From assembly GCA_951406725.2 (NCBI GenBank), contig OX597832.1:61938001-62002000 (forward strand): a stretch of DNA of 64,000 bases, written 5' to 3'. The notes under the pieces were generated by a model. That model saw only the letters and a program-made list of their open reading frames with translations. It ran no database searches and was not told where the DNA came from. The translations under genes were made by a program, and so were the position numbers. Shown here piece by piece: positions 41,785 to 55,185 of the stretch. The stretch's first letter is position 1; each line of letters opens with the position of its first letter. This DNA comes from Octopus vulgaris. Its lineage: Eukaryota.

Positions 41785-41835
41785 AACGAACATTGCGTAG
41801 TTTGTACATGTATATGTACGTATGTGAACAACCGG

Positions 41836-42140
41836 TGAGGGCGCGTGACTTAGTTAGTTGGGTAATCAGCTGAAGATCGTAAAGTGGAGAATTCAAGTCC
41901 TTGAGCAAGTTCCTTTATTTCATGCTGTTGCATTCCACTCTGATGACAAAAATGAGTTATTCCTGAAATTGAAACGACCAACTTTGTCACATTCTGTGTC
42001 ACATTGAATCTCCCTGAGAACTATATTTCGTGAAAGCGTTTCTGCGGAGAACTCAGCCACTAACACGTTTATATATCACGAGCAGGCTGTTCCGTTAATC
42101 GGATCGACTGGAAACCTCGTCGTTGTAACCGGCGGAATGT
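41836..42140 (+). mobile_element. SINE family C-related variant, decayed
   Basis: gagggcgcgtgacttagttagtt..ccttgagcaagttcctttatttcatgctgttgcattccactctg. Confidence 0.55.
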
Positions 42141-43225
42141 CAGTTTCATGAGAATAACTCTGTCTGCCCGATACCTATACTAAAATACTAAAATACTAAA
42201 ACCAAGGCATTCTTTTTCACGCCGACGCCGACGGCGACGTAACAGCAAATAATTTATAGGTAGATGACCGTTAATATCACGTGTGGCTTCAACCGGATAT
42301 GATGGGTCGGTCTGTGAATCAGAAGAATTCCTTTTATTTGTATTTATCTAGATGTTTATTTATTAATTTATCTATTTATTCTACTGACTGATATATATGC
42401 AAACATATACGTATATATCATCGCCAACACCTATAAGCATACGAACATAGAGATCTGCATTGCAAACAGTCTAGTCAGCCGGACATCTGCTGTACACAGT
42501 AAACACTGCATCCGTTCAACAGTTGGTATTGTCTTCCCTGTTAAAGTTTATCCAAGCATTCACTATATTATTCGCCAATAAATGTATGTGTACTTAACTG
42601 TCTACTGACCTCTCTCTCTCTTTCTCTCTCTCTCTCTCTAACACACACACACACACGCACAGATACCCACACACATATACAGACACTACGTTTGTAACTT
42701 TGATAAATGCACACCGAAGCAAAGACACATAGAAATACACAACCACACACATGGACACAAACATGGACACAAACAAAAATACACACACACAGACACATGC
42801 GCAATACAAGCATACACACACGATACGCATGCGCACACACATCCACTGATAGCGAGAGATAACCGTATGTTTCTCTCACTCCCACTTAAAAGTCACTTTT
42901 TCATTTACGCTTATACACACATACAACCCCACCACACACACACACACACACACATACCTTCGCACACATGCTAACCCCACCACACACGCACAAATATGTA
43001 TACCTCTCTCTTTTATCTATCCATTTCACTCCTTGCCACTTATTCAATATGTCTGCCAAAATAAAACAAAAACGGTAAAGATATAAAACAAAAACTACTT
43101 ACAAACGCCATGTTTAAACAAAGCCACTATTCAAATTACTGTTAATTTTATTATTATTATTGTTATTATTGTTATTATTATTATTAATTGTAATAGTAAA
43201 AGTAGTAGTAGTAGTAGTAGTTGTT

Positions 43226-43262
<37 letters not shown>

Positions 43263-44593
43263 AAGGAAGAGGAGGAGGGAGGAGGAGGAGGAGGTGGAGC
43301 AGGAAGAGCAAGAGGGGCAGGAGGAGGGCCGGTGGTGCATCTGTGGTGCTGTTAGTGTTATTATTTTCCTTATTATTTTCGTATTATTTTATTTTGAGTA
43401 TTTTCTCTCTATATATATATAGTTTGATGTTTTCTTTGGATTGCTATTTGCTGTATTTTTCACTGGCCTTCCAGTATTAATGGAATGGCTTTTGAGGCTC
43501 TCATGATATCAAAGAGACGATCTTTGAAAATCTCTGGCAAAATTATGTCCATTAATCTGTGGCCCGAATAAATATGTTTTCTGCTGTAACCAGATTGCCA
43601 AGCGATGGCGACGGAAGGCGGTTTTGCTATATTTGTTTCTCTGTATATGTGTGTGTGTATGTGTCTATGTGCGCGCGCGCGTGTGTGTGTGTGTGTGCGT
43701 GTGTGCGTGTGTGTTTGTTTGTCTGTGAGAGTTTGTTATGGATGTGTGAGAATGAACTAGAGGAATATGTATATATATAAACATACACACACATATATAT
43801 AACTATATATATGCGAAAGAGTGTGCGTGTGTATATAAATGTATACGTATCTGTGTACTCAGTGTGTGTGTAGGTACGGAGCGTGTACATTTATATGTAT
43901 ATACATCTATGTGTGTGTATATATTATACATACATATACATTGTTGTGCGTGTCTATGTGTACGACAGCGTTACTATGTCTCTTAATCTGATAGTACGCG
44001 TGTGTGTGTGTGTGTGTGTGTGTTTAAATGCTTCTGGATGAACCTGTAGGGAGGGGAAGAAATATAAAAGAAAAAAATGAATCAAAAGTAAAAATGCAAA
44101 GCAAAAAAATGAGACAACCCATTCGTTATGTTATATATACATCTCTTTTATATTTTTACTTAACCGGAAGGGGAAATGAGAGTCGCTAGAAGGAAATGGA
44201 TTGTAGCAAATACTGCTGGGAAACGAAACATGATGGTTATACAGATTGATTTCGAAGATAAAGAAATAAGCAGGTTGTTCGTTCATCTGTTTTTGTTTTA
44301 TTTATTTATTTATTTTTTCCTTTTCCTTTTCTTTTCATTTTGTTGTTTTGTTTTCATAAACATATGCTTTCGACGTTAACATCATTTTCACCATCAATTT
44401 TTACCTAACATCCTCTCTATCAAATATCCATCTTGTCTCCCTTGAATAACTCTTTCTCGTTGAGGTATTTTAGTTTTACGTTCGCTGTAATTCTGAAGTT
44501 ACCTCTACATTCCCAACTCCCTCTTTTAGTGTTCATCTGCCTCTATTAATCTCTCTCTCTCTATCTATCTATCTATTTATATCTATTCATCTG

Positions 44594-44712
<119 letters not shown>

Positions 44713-44899
44713 GTTTACGTAATACTTTGGCAATTATTCTCTCATAATTCAATTCGTATTTTCATTTATCTTTATCTTTCACTCTGACAAATACAAGCAG
44801 ATATGCATACATTCTCCACCGCCTTACTTTTTCAAATTATTTCTTCCTCTACCTGTCTGACTGTTAGTCTATCTAGCTGTTTACCTACCTACCTACGTT

Positions 44900-44963
<64 letters not shown>

Positions 44964-45153
44964 CCTGTCTGTCTGTCTGTCTGTCTGTGTATCCTGTCTA
45001 TCAACATTGTATGTATGTGTGAATGACCGTAATCGTTAAGAAGCCATATGGATAAATAACTATATTCACCTCTCACACCTTCTAAGTCTATGCTGTATAA
45101 TACGTACATACATCCTAAGTTTATGCTGTATAATACATAATACATACATACAT

Positions 45154-45487
45154 GTGAAGGCGCATGCCTCAGTGGTTAGAGCGTTGAACTTGTGATCGTG
45201 AGGTTGTGAGTTCGAATCCCGGACCGGGCTCCGTGTTGTGTTCTTGAGAAAGACACTTTATTTCGCGTTGCTCCAGTTCACTCAGCTGTAGAAATGAGTT
45301 GCGACGTCACAGGTGTCAAGCTGTATCGGCCTTTGCCTTTCCCTTGGATAATATCGGTGGCGTGGAGATTGGAGGCCGGTATGCGTGGGCGACTGCTGGT
45401 CTTCCATAAACAATCTTGCCGGACTTGTGCCTGGAAGAGGAACTTTCTAGGTGCAATCCCATGGTCAGTCTGACCGAAGGGGATCTC
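45154..45487 (+). mobile_element. SINE family C (CORE-like; OR2-like), full-length
   Basis: A box tgcctcagtgg, B box gagttcgaatccc, CORE-like domain, tail catggtcagtctgaccgaagggg. Confidence 0.88.
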
Positions 45488-45559
45488 ATCTCTCATCACA
45501 CAGGCACACACCAACATACGCACATGTATGTATATCCCAAGCGATTTCTGTATGTACTC

Positions 45560-45658
<99 letters not shown>

Positions 45659-45699
45659 CGTGTCTGTCTATCTTTCTATATGGTAGGCTGCTGAAATCT

Positions 45700-45859
45700 A
45701 CAAGGTTTTTTCATCCTCTGTTTATTTTCTCTTATTCCTTTCTGCTGAAGAGCATAGGCTCGAAACGTAAAAGACTTTTTCCCTTCTCCAAGCGTCAAAC
45801 TAATGCACTTGCTTGCAGTTCATACCCCTGTCTTCGTCTTCTGTTTTTCTATAAATTTG

Positions 45860-45863
<4 letters not shown>
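45700..45863 (+). mobile_element. PLE pLTR fragment with variant minimal hammerhead (45738-45773)
   Basis: cttt-CTGCTGA-A-GAGC-atag-GCTC-GAAA-CG-TA-aaag; ends in (TA)n. Confidence 0.6.
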
Positions 45864-45933
<70 letters not shown>

Positions 45934-46882
45934 TATGTAGAGAGAGAGAGAGAGAAAGAAAGAGAGAGAGAGAGAGAGATGTTTAACTAACTTTACGCTT
46001 AACTAAATTACGGACTATTCTACTCTCTACTAACTAGCAGAACATCTGTTTACTTAAATTATAGCTAACTAACCTACCGACTATCTGACTATGTAATGAA
46101 ACATCAAACTAACTATATAACTAATTATATCTCTACTTAATTAACTACCTCTCTTGATAGCTAACTAACAAGGTCTTCAACTATTTAATTACCAAACTAA
46201 CTAAAATTTACAATCTGATTACGCAGCTGATTATAAACTGACATGTCTATCAATTATGCATATAAGCTAAGCAATTCAACTATCCACTGCACAATATCGC
46301 TAATTGGGCAATAAAATAATAAAAGCTTGCTGTCTCTGGTAACCGTGTGTTAACTATTTCGGGAACATACGTAGCGACTAGTGGCTATAGACGCCCTATT
46401 GACTCAACGAGACTTGACCCAACGAAATAACGATGTCACAGCGAGAGTTGGAAACGATGCAGGGACTGTCTGGTACCCGACTTCAGTTGAGTAGTAGACA
46501 GCAGTAATATGAAATACAGCGCTTCCTTCAACCTAGGCCTGCCTACTCCACGAATTGAACCCAGGCTCTTAAGATTGTGATCCAAACATTCTAACCATTA
46601 GACCACGCATCTTCACCATACTAACTAGTCAATTAGATAAACGTCCAACTAATTGTCAAATGACTAACTGACTAATTATATATCTAGTTAGCAATATGTC
46701 TAAAATTACTAAGCAACTGCTTATCTAAATAATTACCGGGCTTACTAATTAATTATCCAGTAAATCATTGCGTATAATAGCTGTATAACAATTCAACTAA
46801 AATTTTTAATATATTTATTTATGCATTCTCCCCCTCCCTCCATCTCTCTCTTTCACTGTAAATATGTGTAGCTGTGTGTATG

Positions 46883-46945
<63 letters not shown>

Positions 46946-47092
46946 ACCTCCCAGACTATCTCTGTCGACGTATCAATGTATCTATCTACCTGTCTGTTTA
47001 CCTATATATATATATATATATATACATATATATATGTATATATCTACCTATGTAAGTATTTAAATATCTACCTGCCTAACTGCATATCTATA

Positions 47093-47141
<49 letters not shown>

Positions 47142-47253
47142 GTCTATCTATCTATTTATCAATCAGTACATAAACTTGCTATCTACCTTCCTCTCAGCCT
47201 GCTTGTCTGTTTGTCTACCTACCTGTGTATATATCTGTCTGCCTGCGTCTCTC

Positions 47254-47319
<66 letters not shown>

Positions 47320-47619
47320 CGTGGCCAACATGGAAATATAAATCTTATAGATATTAAGTTTTATATAATTAAGGGTATCTGCTAGAGATAGCAGGTCAAA
47401 ACTTGATTCTAAAACCTTGGCCCTAATACACTTCATATATTCATAAAGCACAAGGTGAAGAGACAAATAGATAATCAAAAAGCACATTGTCTCTATAGTG
47501 ATAGGGGAGATAATTATACTACCAAGCTAGTTGCACTTGGAATTAAAACTTGTCGGCAGTAACCACTCCATCGCTGATGGTTAAGCTAAATCCTACCTAT
47601 CAGTATAAAGTATTTGCCA

Positions 47620-48395
47620 TATGAATCAATGGATGATCCAGCAAAATGGTAATATCAAAATCATTAAATAGTGAAGGCGGTTAGACATAGGACATAGTCT
47701 TCTATTATTCAAAGCTTGTCCACATGTTAGAAGTGGCTTTTCCAGTGCATGAGCACGTAAGTAGCTTTTGAATCCCGAGAGTTGTTTGAAATATGCATTA
47801 CATGCAGTACAAATATGTCTCACCTGAAGAGGCACTGTGTTGTTTCTCCTGCCTAATTTATGCATATTGAAAGGCCCTTTTGAGACCAGCGTCGTACTTA
47901 TATGTCTCATTGCAATTATGGCATACGAAGGTATCTGCTTGAATGATCCACGTGTCATTTGAACCAACTGTGTGAAGATGAGTTCTGAGATGTAAAGTTA
48001 ATCCAGTCTTATCAAGGCAAGTCTTACCATATGCTAATCAACTGGAGAATGGCACCATTACCGGATTTATTAAGGTGTTATTTTTCCGTACTTCTCTTTT
48101 CATTTTTTCATACTTTTAGATTGGCTTCTTCAAAATCTTTTTCTCGAGATCAGATCTTTTCCCGCCATTTATTTGTTCCATGAGGAATAGACTCAATATC
48201 TTTGTATGATGTATTCAACATTCTAAGACTAGTTTTTTAGCTAGTTTTTATACCCTTCTTTCCTTTGCATTGTTTTTCGCTTCCCACTGTAGAAAGATGA
48301 AAAAATTACGGATACGCTCATAACCCATCCATCCTAAATTTCCGGTCCGCACTAACTGATTGGAAACCAGTATAATTTGAATTCATGAGACTTAT

Positions 48396-48434
<39 letters not shown>

Positions 48435-48700
48435 TTCTCTTTTTCTCTAAAACCTCTATCTCTACTGCAAACGATTTCCTGATCGTTGATCATGAGAATT
48501 TGACAAAGGCTCTATTGGTGAAAGCTTTCTGAGTATTTATGTAAGAAGTCCATGTTTTCGACGAATACAGAAGGAAGACCAGCACAAATGCACGATTCAC
48601 AACAAACCAAAAATTTTTTGCTGAATTTAAATTTATGGAAAAAGAAAACAAGAATAAAAAACACAGAGGTGAATGAACAGCAAGCGGCCCAACATGGCGA
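47620..48700 (-). mobile_element. Decayed RTE-clade LINE 3' portion (post-RT region with terminal CCHH-like finger)
   Basis: [19 protein letters not shown] (YRAxVxxxLLYGxETW motif), NQL..G (QLRWxGH-like), KWREKI..FEE, HICTACNAYFKQLSGFKSYLRAH. Confidence 0.75.
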
Positions 48701-48705
48701 ATATT

Positions 48706-48761
<56 letters not shown>

Positions 48762-49043
48762 TACATACATACACACATACATACATACATACATACATAC
48801 ATACATACATACATACATACATGCATGCATGCATGCATACATGCATACATACATATATTCGCTATGCTGGACCACTGAACTATTTCTTTTGTTCTTTTTC
48901 ATTTTTTCTCTGTTTACTTTTTTCAGTCTCTCTTTGTATATTTTCTCTTATTCCTTTTCATTCTCGCAGGCGTCAAACTAATACACTTGCTTGTTGTTCA
49001 TACACCTGTTTAAGTCTTTTGTTTCTCTATAAATTTCAACTTT

Positions 49044-49080
<37 letters not shown>

Positions 49081-49082
<2 letters not shown>

Positions 49083-49417
49083 GGTAAAGACCCCCTTCGG
49101 TCATGAATGACCATGGGATTGCACCTAGAAAGTTACCCTCCTAGACACAAGTCCGGGCAAGGTTGTTTATGGAAGACCAGCAGCCGCCCATACATACCAG
49201 CCTCCCCTCTCCACGCCACCAGTGTAATCCAAGGGAAAGACAAAGGTCGATACAGCTTGGCACCAGTGACGTCGCAACTCACTTCTACAGCTGAGTGAAG
49301 TGGAGCAACGTGAAATAAAGTGCCTTGCTCAAGAACACAACACGCAGCCTGGTCCGGGATTCGTGCTCACAACCTCACGATCGTAAGCTCGACGCTCTAA
49401 CCACTGAGCCATGCGCC

Positions 49418-49420
<3 letters not shown>
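49081..49420 (-). mobile_element. SINE family C (CORE-like; OR2-like), well preserved
   Basis: Minus-strand head gaaggcgcatggctcagtggttagagcgtcgagcttacgatcgtgaggttgtgagcacgaatcccggacc. Confidence 0.88.
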
Positions 49421-49502
<82 letters not shown>

Positions 49503-49511
<9 letters not shown>

Positions 49512-49612
49512 TTAATAAGGGTGAGAGAATTAGATACTAATTTAATAGTATGTCTATTCAACACCAAGTGGTCTAGTGCTACGAGAAACCTGGATTATTA
49601 TAATATTTTATA
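49503..49612 (-). repeat. 110-bp inverted arm of the hammerhead array (reverse complement of 49933-50042)
   Basis: tataattaattaataagggtgagagaattag..cctggattattataatattttata is the reverse complement of a segment present in units 1-6. Confidence 0.92.
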
Positions 49613-49666
49613 CACGCGTATTTATCGTTATGGTAAAATCTGGCGTGTGATTGAGTGGATTTCATC

Positions 49667-49764
49667 CAGATAGTTTTGGCTGACGAGCTACAAATGGATT
49701 TTTTTTTGTAAGTAAAATTACATTTAATTCATTAATAGCGAAACAATTGTCCCAAAATAATCTG
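49667..49764 (+). ncRNA. Type I hammerhead ribozyme, copy 1 (predicted cleavage after C49751)
   Basis: Stem I CAGAUAGUUUUGG/CCAAAAUAAUCUG; core CUGACGA; stem II GCUA/UAGC; GAAAC-AAUU-GUC. Confidence 0.9.
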
Positions 49765-50203
49765 TATTTTTGTTATTTTTTATTTGCCCTGTCCGTGTGA
49801 GCTAACAATCGTACTGACTTTCATGGGAAACATGTATTTTCGTGGTTGAAACCTTTTGGATTAACTGGTGCTAGAGTGAGCCATATAGTGACCACTCTCT
49901 TATATTTATTTTGTAAAAATATTATAATATGTTATAAAATATTATAATAATCCAGGTTTCTCGTAGCACTAGACCACTTGGTGTTGAATAGACATACTAT
50001 TAAATTAGTATCTAATTCTCTCACCCTTATTAATTAATTATAATTATGCTGCATTTATTTCTAAATGCTGTATTTGTTTTCCGTGAAAGTTTGGCGCGCT
50101 GTTAGTTGGGGCATTTGAATTATAACGTCGGATGTAATCAATTGAACCACACGCGTATTTATCGTTATGGTAAAATCTGGCGTGTGATTGAGTGGATTTC
50201 ATC

Positions 50204-50300
50204 CAGATAGTTTTGGCTGACGAGCTACAAATGGATTTTTTTTGTAAGTAAAATTACATTTAATTCATTAATAGCGAAACAATTGTCCCAAAATAATCTG
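50204..50300 (+). ncRNA. Type I hammerhead ribozyme, copy 2 (cleavage after 50287)
   Basis: Same as copy 1 except U-tract length. Confidence 0.9.
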
Positions 50301-50739
50301 TATTTTTGTTATTTTTTATTTGCCCTGTCCGTGTGAGCTAACAATCGTACTGACTTTCATGGGAAACATGTATTTTCGTGGTTGAAACCTTTTGGATTAA
50401 CTGGTGCTAGAGTGAGCCATATAGTGACCACTCTCTTATATTTATTTTGTAAAAATATTATAATATGTTATAAAATATTATAATAATCCAGGTTTCTCGT
50501 AGCACTAGACCACTTGGTGTTGAATAGACATACTATTAAATTAGTATCTAATTCTCTCACCCTTATTAATTAATTATAATTATGCTGCATTTATTTCTAA
50601 ATGCTGTATTTGTTTTCCGTGAAAGTTTGGCGCGCTGTTAGTTGGGGCATTTGAATTATAACGTCGGATGTAATCAATTGAACCACACGCGTATTTATCG
50701 TTATGGTAAAATCTGGCGTGTGATTGAGTGGATTTCATC

Positions 50740-50836
50740 CAGATAGTTTTGGCTGACGAGCTACAAATGGATTTTTTTTGTAAGTAAAATTACATTTAAT
50801 TCATTAATAGCGAAACAATTGTCCCAAAATAATCTG
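50740..50836 (+). ncRNA. Type I hammerhead ribozyme, copy 3 (cleavage after 50823)
   Basis: Same core and stems as copy 1. Confidence 0.9.
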
Positions 50837-51275
50837 TATTTTTGTTATTTTTTATTTGCCCTGTCCGTGTGAGCTAACAATCGTACTGACTTTCATGGGA
50901 AACATGTATTTTCGTGGTTGAAACCTTTTGGATTAACTGGTGCTAGAGTGAGCCATATAGTGACCACTCTCTTATATTTATTTTGTAAAAATATTATAAT
51001 ATGTTATAAAATATTATAATAATCCAGGTTTCTCGTAGCACTAGACCACTTGGTGTTGAATAGACATACTATTAAATTAGCATCTAATTCTCTCACCCTT
51101 ATTAATTAATTATAATTATGCTGCATTTATTTCTAAATGCTGTATTTGTTTTCCGTGAAAGTTTGGCGCGCTGTTAGTTGGGGCATTTGAATTATAACGT
51201 CGGATGTAATCAATTGAACCACACGCGTATTTATCGTTATGGTAAAATCTGGCGTGTGATTGAGTGGATTTCATC

Positions 51276-51371
51276 CAGATAGTTTTGGCTGACGAGCTAC
51301 AAATGGATTTTTTTGTAAGTAAAATTACATTTAATTCATTAATAGCGAAACAATTGTCCCAAAATAATCTG
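51276..51371 (+). ncRNA. Type I hammerhead ribozyme, copy 4 (cleavage after 51358)
   Basis: Same core and stems as copy 1. Confidence 0.9.
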
Positions 51372-51810
51372 TATTTTTGTTATTTTTTATTTGCCCTGTC
51401 CGTGTGAGCTAACAATCGTACTGACTTTCATGGGAAACATGTATTTTCGTGGTTGAAACCTTTTGGATTAACTGGTGCTAGAGTGAGCCATATAGTGACC
51501 ACTCTCTTATATTTATTTTGTAAAAATATTATAATATGTTATAAAATATTATAATAATCCAGGTTTCTCGTAGCACTAGACCACTTGGTGTTGAATAGAC
51601 ATACTATTAAATTAGTATCTAATTCTCTCACCCTTATTAATTAATTATAATTATGCTGCATTTATTTCTAAATGCTGTATTTGTTTTCCGTGAAAGTTTG
51701 GCGCGCTGTTAGTTGGGGCATTTGAATTATAACGTCGGATGTAATCAATTGAACCACACGCGTATTTATCGTTATGGTAAAATCTGGCGTGTGATTGAGT
51801 GGATTTCATC

Positions 51811-51906
51811 CAGATAGTTTTGGCTGACGAGCTACAAATGGATTTTTTTGTAAGTAAAATTACATTTAATTCATTAATAGCGAAACAATTGTCCCAAAAT
51901 AATCTG
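51811..51906 (+). ncRNA. Type I hammerhead ribozyme, copy 5 (cleavage after 51893)
   Basis: Same core and stems as copy 1. Confidence 0.9.
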
Positions 51907-52345
51907 TATTTTTGTTATTTTTTATTTGCCCTGTCCGTGTGAGCTAACAATCGTACTGACTTTCATGGGAAACATGTATTTTCGTGGTTGAAACCTTTTG
52001 GATTAACTGGTGCTAGAGTGAGCCATATAGTGACCACTCTCTTATATTTATTTTGTAAAAATATTATAATATGTTATAAAATATTATAATAATCCAGGTT
52101 TCTCGTAGCACTAGACCACTTGGTGTTGAATAGACATACTATTAAATTAGTATCTAATTCTCTCACCCTTATTAATTAATTATAATTATGCTGCATTTAT
52201 TTCTAAATGCTGTATTTGTTTTCCGTGAAAGTTTGGCGCGCTGTTAGTTGGGGCATTTGAATTATAACGTCGGATGTAATCAATTGAACCACACGCGTAT
52301 TTATCGTTATGGTAAAATCTGGCGTGTGATTGAGTGGATTTCATC

Positions 52346-52442
52346 CAGATAGTTTTGGCTGACGAGCTACAAATGGATTTTTTTTGTAAGTAAAATTACA
52401 TTTAATTCATTAATAGCGAAACAATTGTCCCAAAATAATCTG
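52346..52442 (+). ncRNA. Type I hammerhead ribozyme, copy 6 (cleavage after 52429)
   Basis: Same core and stems as copy 1. Confidence 0.9.
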
Positions 52443-52881
52443 TATTTTTGTTATTTTTTATTTGCCCTGTCCGTGTGAGCTAACAATCGTACTGACTTTC
52501 ATGGGAAACATGTATTTTCGTGGTTGAAACCTTTTGGATTAACTGGTGCTAGAGTGAGCCATATAGTGACCACTCTCTTATATTTATTTTGTAAAAATAT
52601 TATAATATGTTATAAAATATTATAATAATCCAGGTTTCTCGTAGCACTAGACCACTTGGTGTTGAATAGACATACCATTAAATTAGTATCTAATTCTCTC
52701 ACCCTTATTAATTAATTATAATTATGCTGCATTTATTTCTAAATGCTGTATTTGTTTTCCGTGAAAGTTTGGCGCGCTGTTAGTTGGGGCATTTGAATTA
52801 TAACGTCGGATGTAATCAATTGAACCACACGCGTATTTATCGTTATGGTAAAATCTGGCGTGTGATTGAGTGGATTTCATC

Positions 52882-52977
52882 CAGATAGTTTTGGCTGACG
52901 AGCTACAAATGGATTTTTTTGTAAGTAAAATTACATTTAATTCATTAATAGCGAAACAATTGTCCCAAAATAATCTG
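52882..52977 (+). ncRNA. Type I hammerhead ribozyme, copy 7 (cleavage after 52964)
   Basis: Same core and stems as copy 1; lies in the partial last unit. Confidence 0.9.
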
Positions 52978-53119
52978 TATTTTTGTTATTTTTTATTTGC
53001 CCTGTCCGTGTGAGCTAACAATCGTACTGACTTTCATGGGAAACATGTATTTTCGTGGTTGAAACCTTTTGGATTAACTGGTGCTAGAGTGAGCCATATA
53101 GTGACCACTCTCTTATATT

Positions 53120-53220
<101 letters not shown>

Positions 53221-53311
53221 ATCCAAACATGAAAACACAAAGAATGAAAACACAGCAACGCGAGGAGAGGGAACAAGTATAGTATTATTGGACGCTCAGG
53301 AAAAAAGGAGG

Positions 53312-53346
53312 GTTTAACGTTTCGAGCGGAGCTCTTCGTCAGAAAC
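53312..53346 (-). ncRNA. Minimal PLE-type hammerhead with intact core, inside pLTR fragment 53217-53480
   Basis: Minus strand GUUU-CUGACGA-A-GAGC-ucc-GCUC-GAAA-CG-UU-AAAC; palindromic AACGUU replaces helix III. Confidence 0.75.
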
Positions 53347-53413
53347 ATAGGAAAAGGACAGATCCAAAGAAGGGAAAACGGAGGAAAAAAATTTGCCAAC
53401 GGTACACACGTGG

Positions 53414-53459
<46 letters not shown>

Positions 53460-53960
53460 CAACGTGTGTACCGTTGGCAATCATCATTATCATCATCATC
53501 GTCGTCATCATCATCACCACCATCATCATCATCATCATCATCTTCTCCTTCTCCTTCTTCTTCTTCTTCTTCTTCATCATCATCATCATCAACATCGTCA
53601 TCTTCTTCTTCTTCTTCTTCTACTTCTCCACCTTCTACCCCTTAACCTTGTCACTAATGTCTTTTAGTATAACGCCTACGCAAATTCCATAAACAATTCC
53701 TGAATTGGACTGCGACTGCTTGCCGCCACTGACCATTCAAAATACGACCATCAGGGCACTCCCAGATTTTCCCACTCCCACCCCCTCTCCACATCAGCCT
53801 TCTTCTTCTCCTACCCTACCAAGAACTCACAACGACCTCGAACACACAAGTGCAAACAAGGGAGTCAGAGAAAGGCAGAATGCCACTTATATCTGAACAC
53901 TACTATAGAAATATTCCTTTAAAAAAACTTTTCTTCTAATTTTTCTAAATTTAATTATTT

Positions 53961-54013
53961 AATCGTTACAGTTGAAAAGGTCTCAAAATGACCGAAACCG
54001 GTACTGAAAGATT
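53961..54013 (+). ncRNA. Decayed hammerhead motif
   Basis: cag-TTGAAAA-GGTC-tcaaaat-GACC-GAAAC-CG-GTA-ctg; stems intact, C3 and G8 mutated. Confidence 0.55.
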
Positions 54014-54059
54014 CACTATAAAATTATTTTAGCATTTTCTATTTTTGACTTGTTTTTTC

Positions 54060-54112
<53 letters not shown>

Positions 54113-54172
54113 AGATATATAGATATATATATATGGATGGATATATCGGAAGTGAATTGTATGACTGGTCCT

Positions 54173-54234
54173 AGAGTGGCCAGTGGTTACGCCTCTGTAA
54201 AGCGCCTAGCCTTATAAACGACTCGTCAGACTCC
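54173..54234 (-). ncRNA. Decayed hammerhead motif
   Basis: Minus strand ggagt-CTGACGA-GTC..GGC-GTAA-CC-act-GG-CC-actct; GAAA and the cleavage triplet are mutated. Confidence 0.55.
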
Positions 54235-54324
54235 AATGGCCGCGGGTATTATATATGCACACATGCACACTGTTAGGCATACATATACACAACATTATAT
54301 ATTCGTGTATACATATATACATAC

Positions 54325-55003
54325 ATGTGGCTGTGCGGTATGACGTTTTCTTTCCAGCCACATGGTTCCGGGCTCGGTGCGTGGTACCTTGGGCAAGTGT
54401 TTTCTGCTATAGCTACAGGGCGACCAAAGTCTCGAGAATGGATTTGGTAAACGGAAACTCAAAGAAGCCCATCACACACACACGCACACACACACATACA
54501 CACACACATATATATGCGCGTGTGTGTGTATGTGTGTATGTTTATGCATGTGTGTGTGTGTGTCTGTGTGTGACTTGATCTGTAGCTGTATATCAGAGCC
54601 GATGTGTCCCTGTTCCACCCTATTCCCTCTATTCCACCCCACCATTCCAATCACAAATGACTCTGCAAAATATTCGATATTCGTGAATCACATCTATCTC
54701 GCAGTCTCATCAACTTCCACTTCATTATCTTCCTAATAATCTCTCCCATCCTTTCTACAAGCAACATATTCTCACTACCCTCACACATCTCACTGACCAT
54801 CCCAACCATCTGTCTCTCCTTCTTCTTCTTCTTCTCCTTCTTCTTCTTCTTCTTCTTCTTCTTCTTCTTCTTCTTCTTCTTCTTCTTCTTCTTCTTCTAC
54901 TCCTTTTCTTCTCTCCTCTTCCTAATTATTTTCTCTTCTTCGGCTCTCCTCCTCTCCCTCTCTCACCCAATTCTCTGTCCCTTTCTTTGTCTGTCTGACC
55001 CTA

Positions 55004-55047
<44 letters not shown>

Positions 55048-55048
55048 A

Positions 55049-55095
<47 letters not shown>

Positions 55096-55153
55096 CACAC
55101 ATTCATACATAGATACATACATTCATACATAGATACATACATACATACATACA

Positions 55154-55185
<32 letters not shown>

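Noticed and set aside
45154-45230. tRNA genes (also 49345-49420, 38125-38197, 46540-46615, 57410-57475)
   Set aside because: These are A/B-box heads lacking a clean cloverleaf; most continue directly into SINE bodies.
47745-47825. Host C2H2 zinc-finger gene exon
   Set aside because: It is a single degenerate finger in line with RTE ORF2 motifs, amid stops and frameshifts, so it belongs to the LINE remnant.
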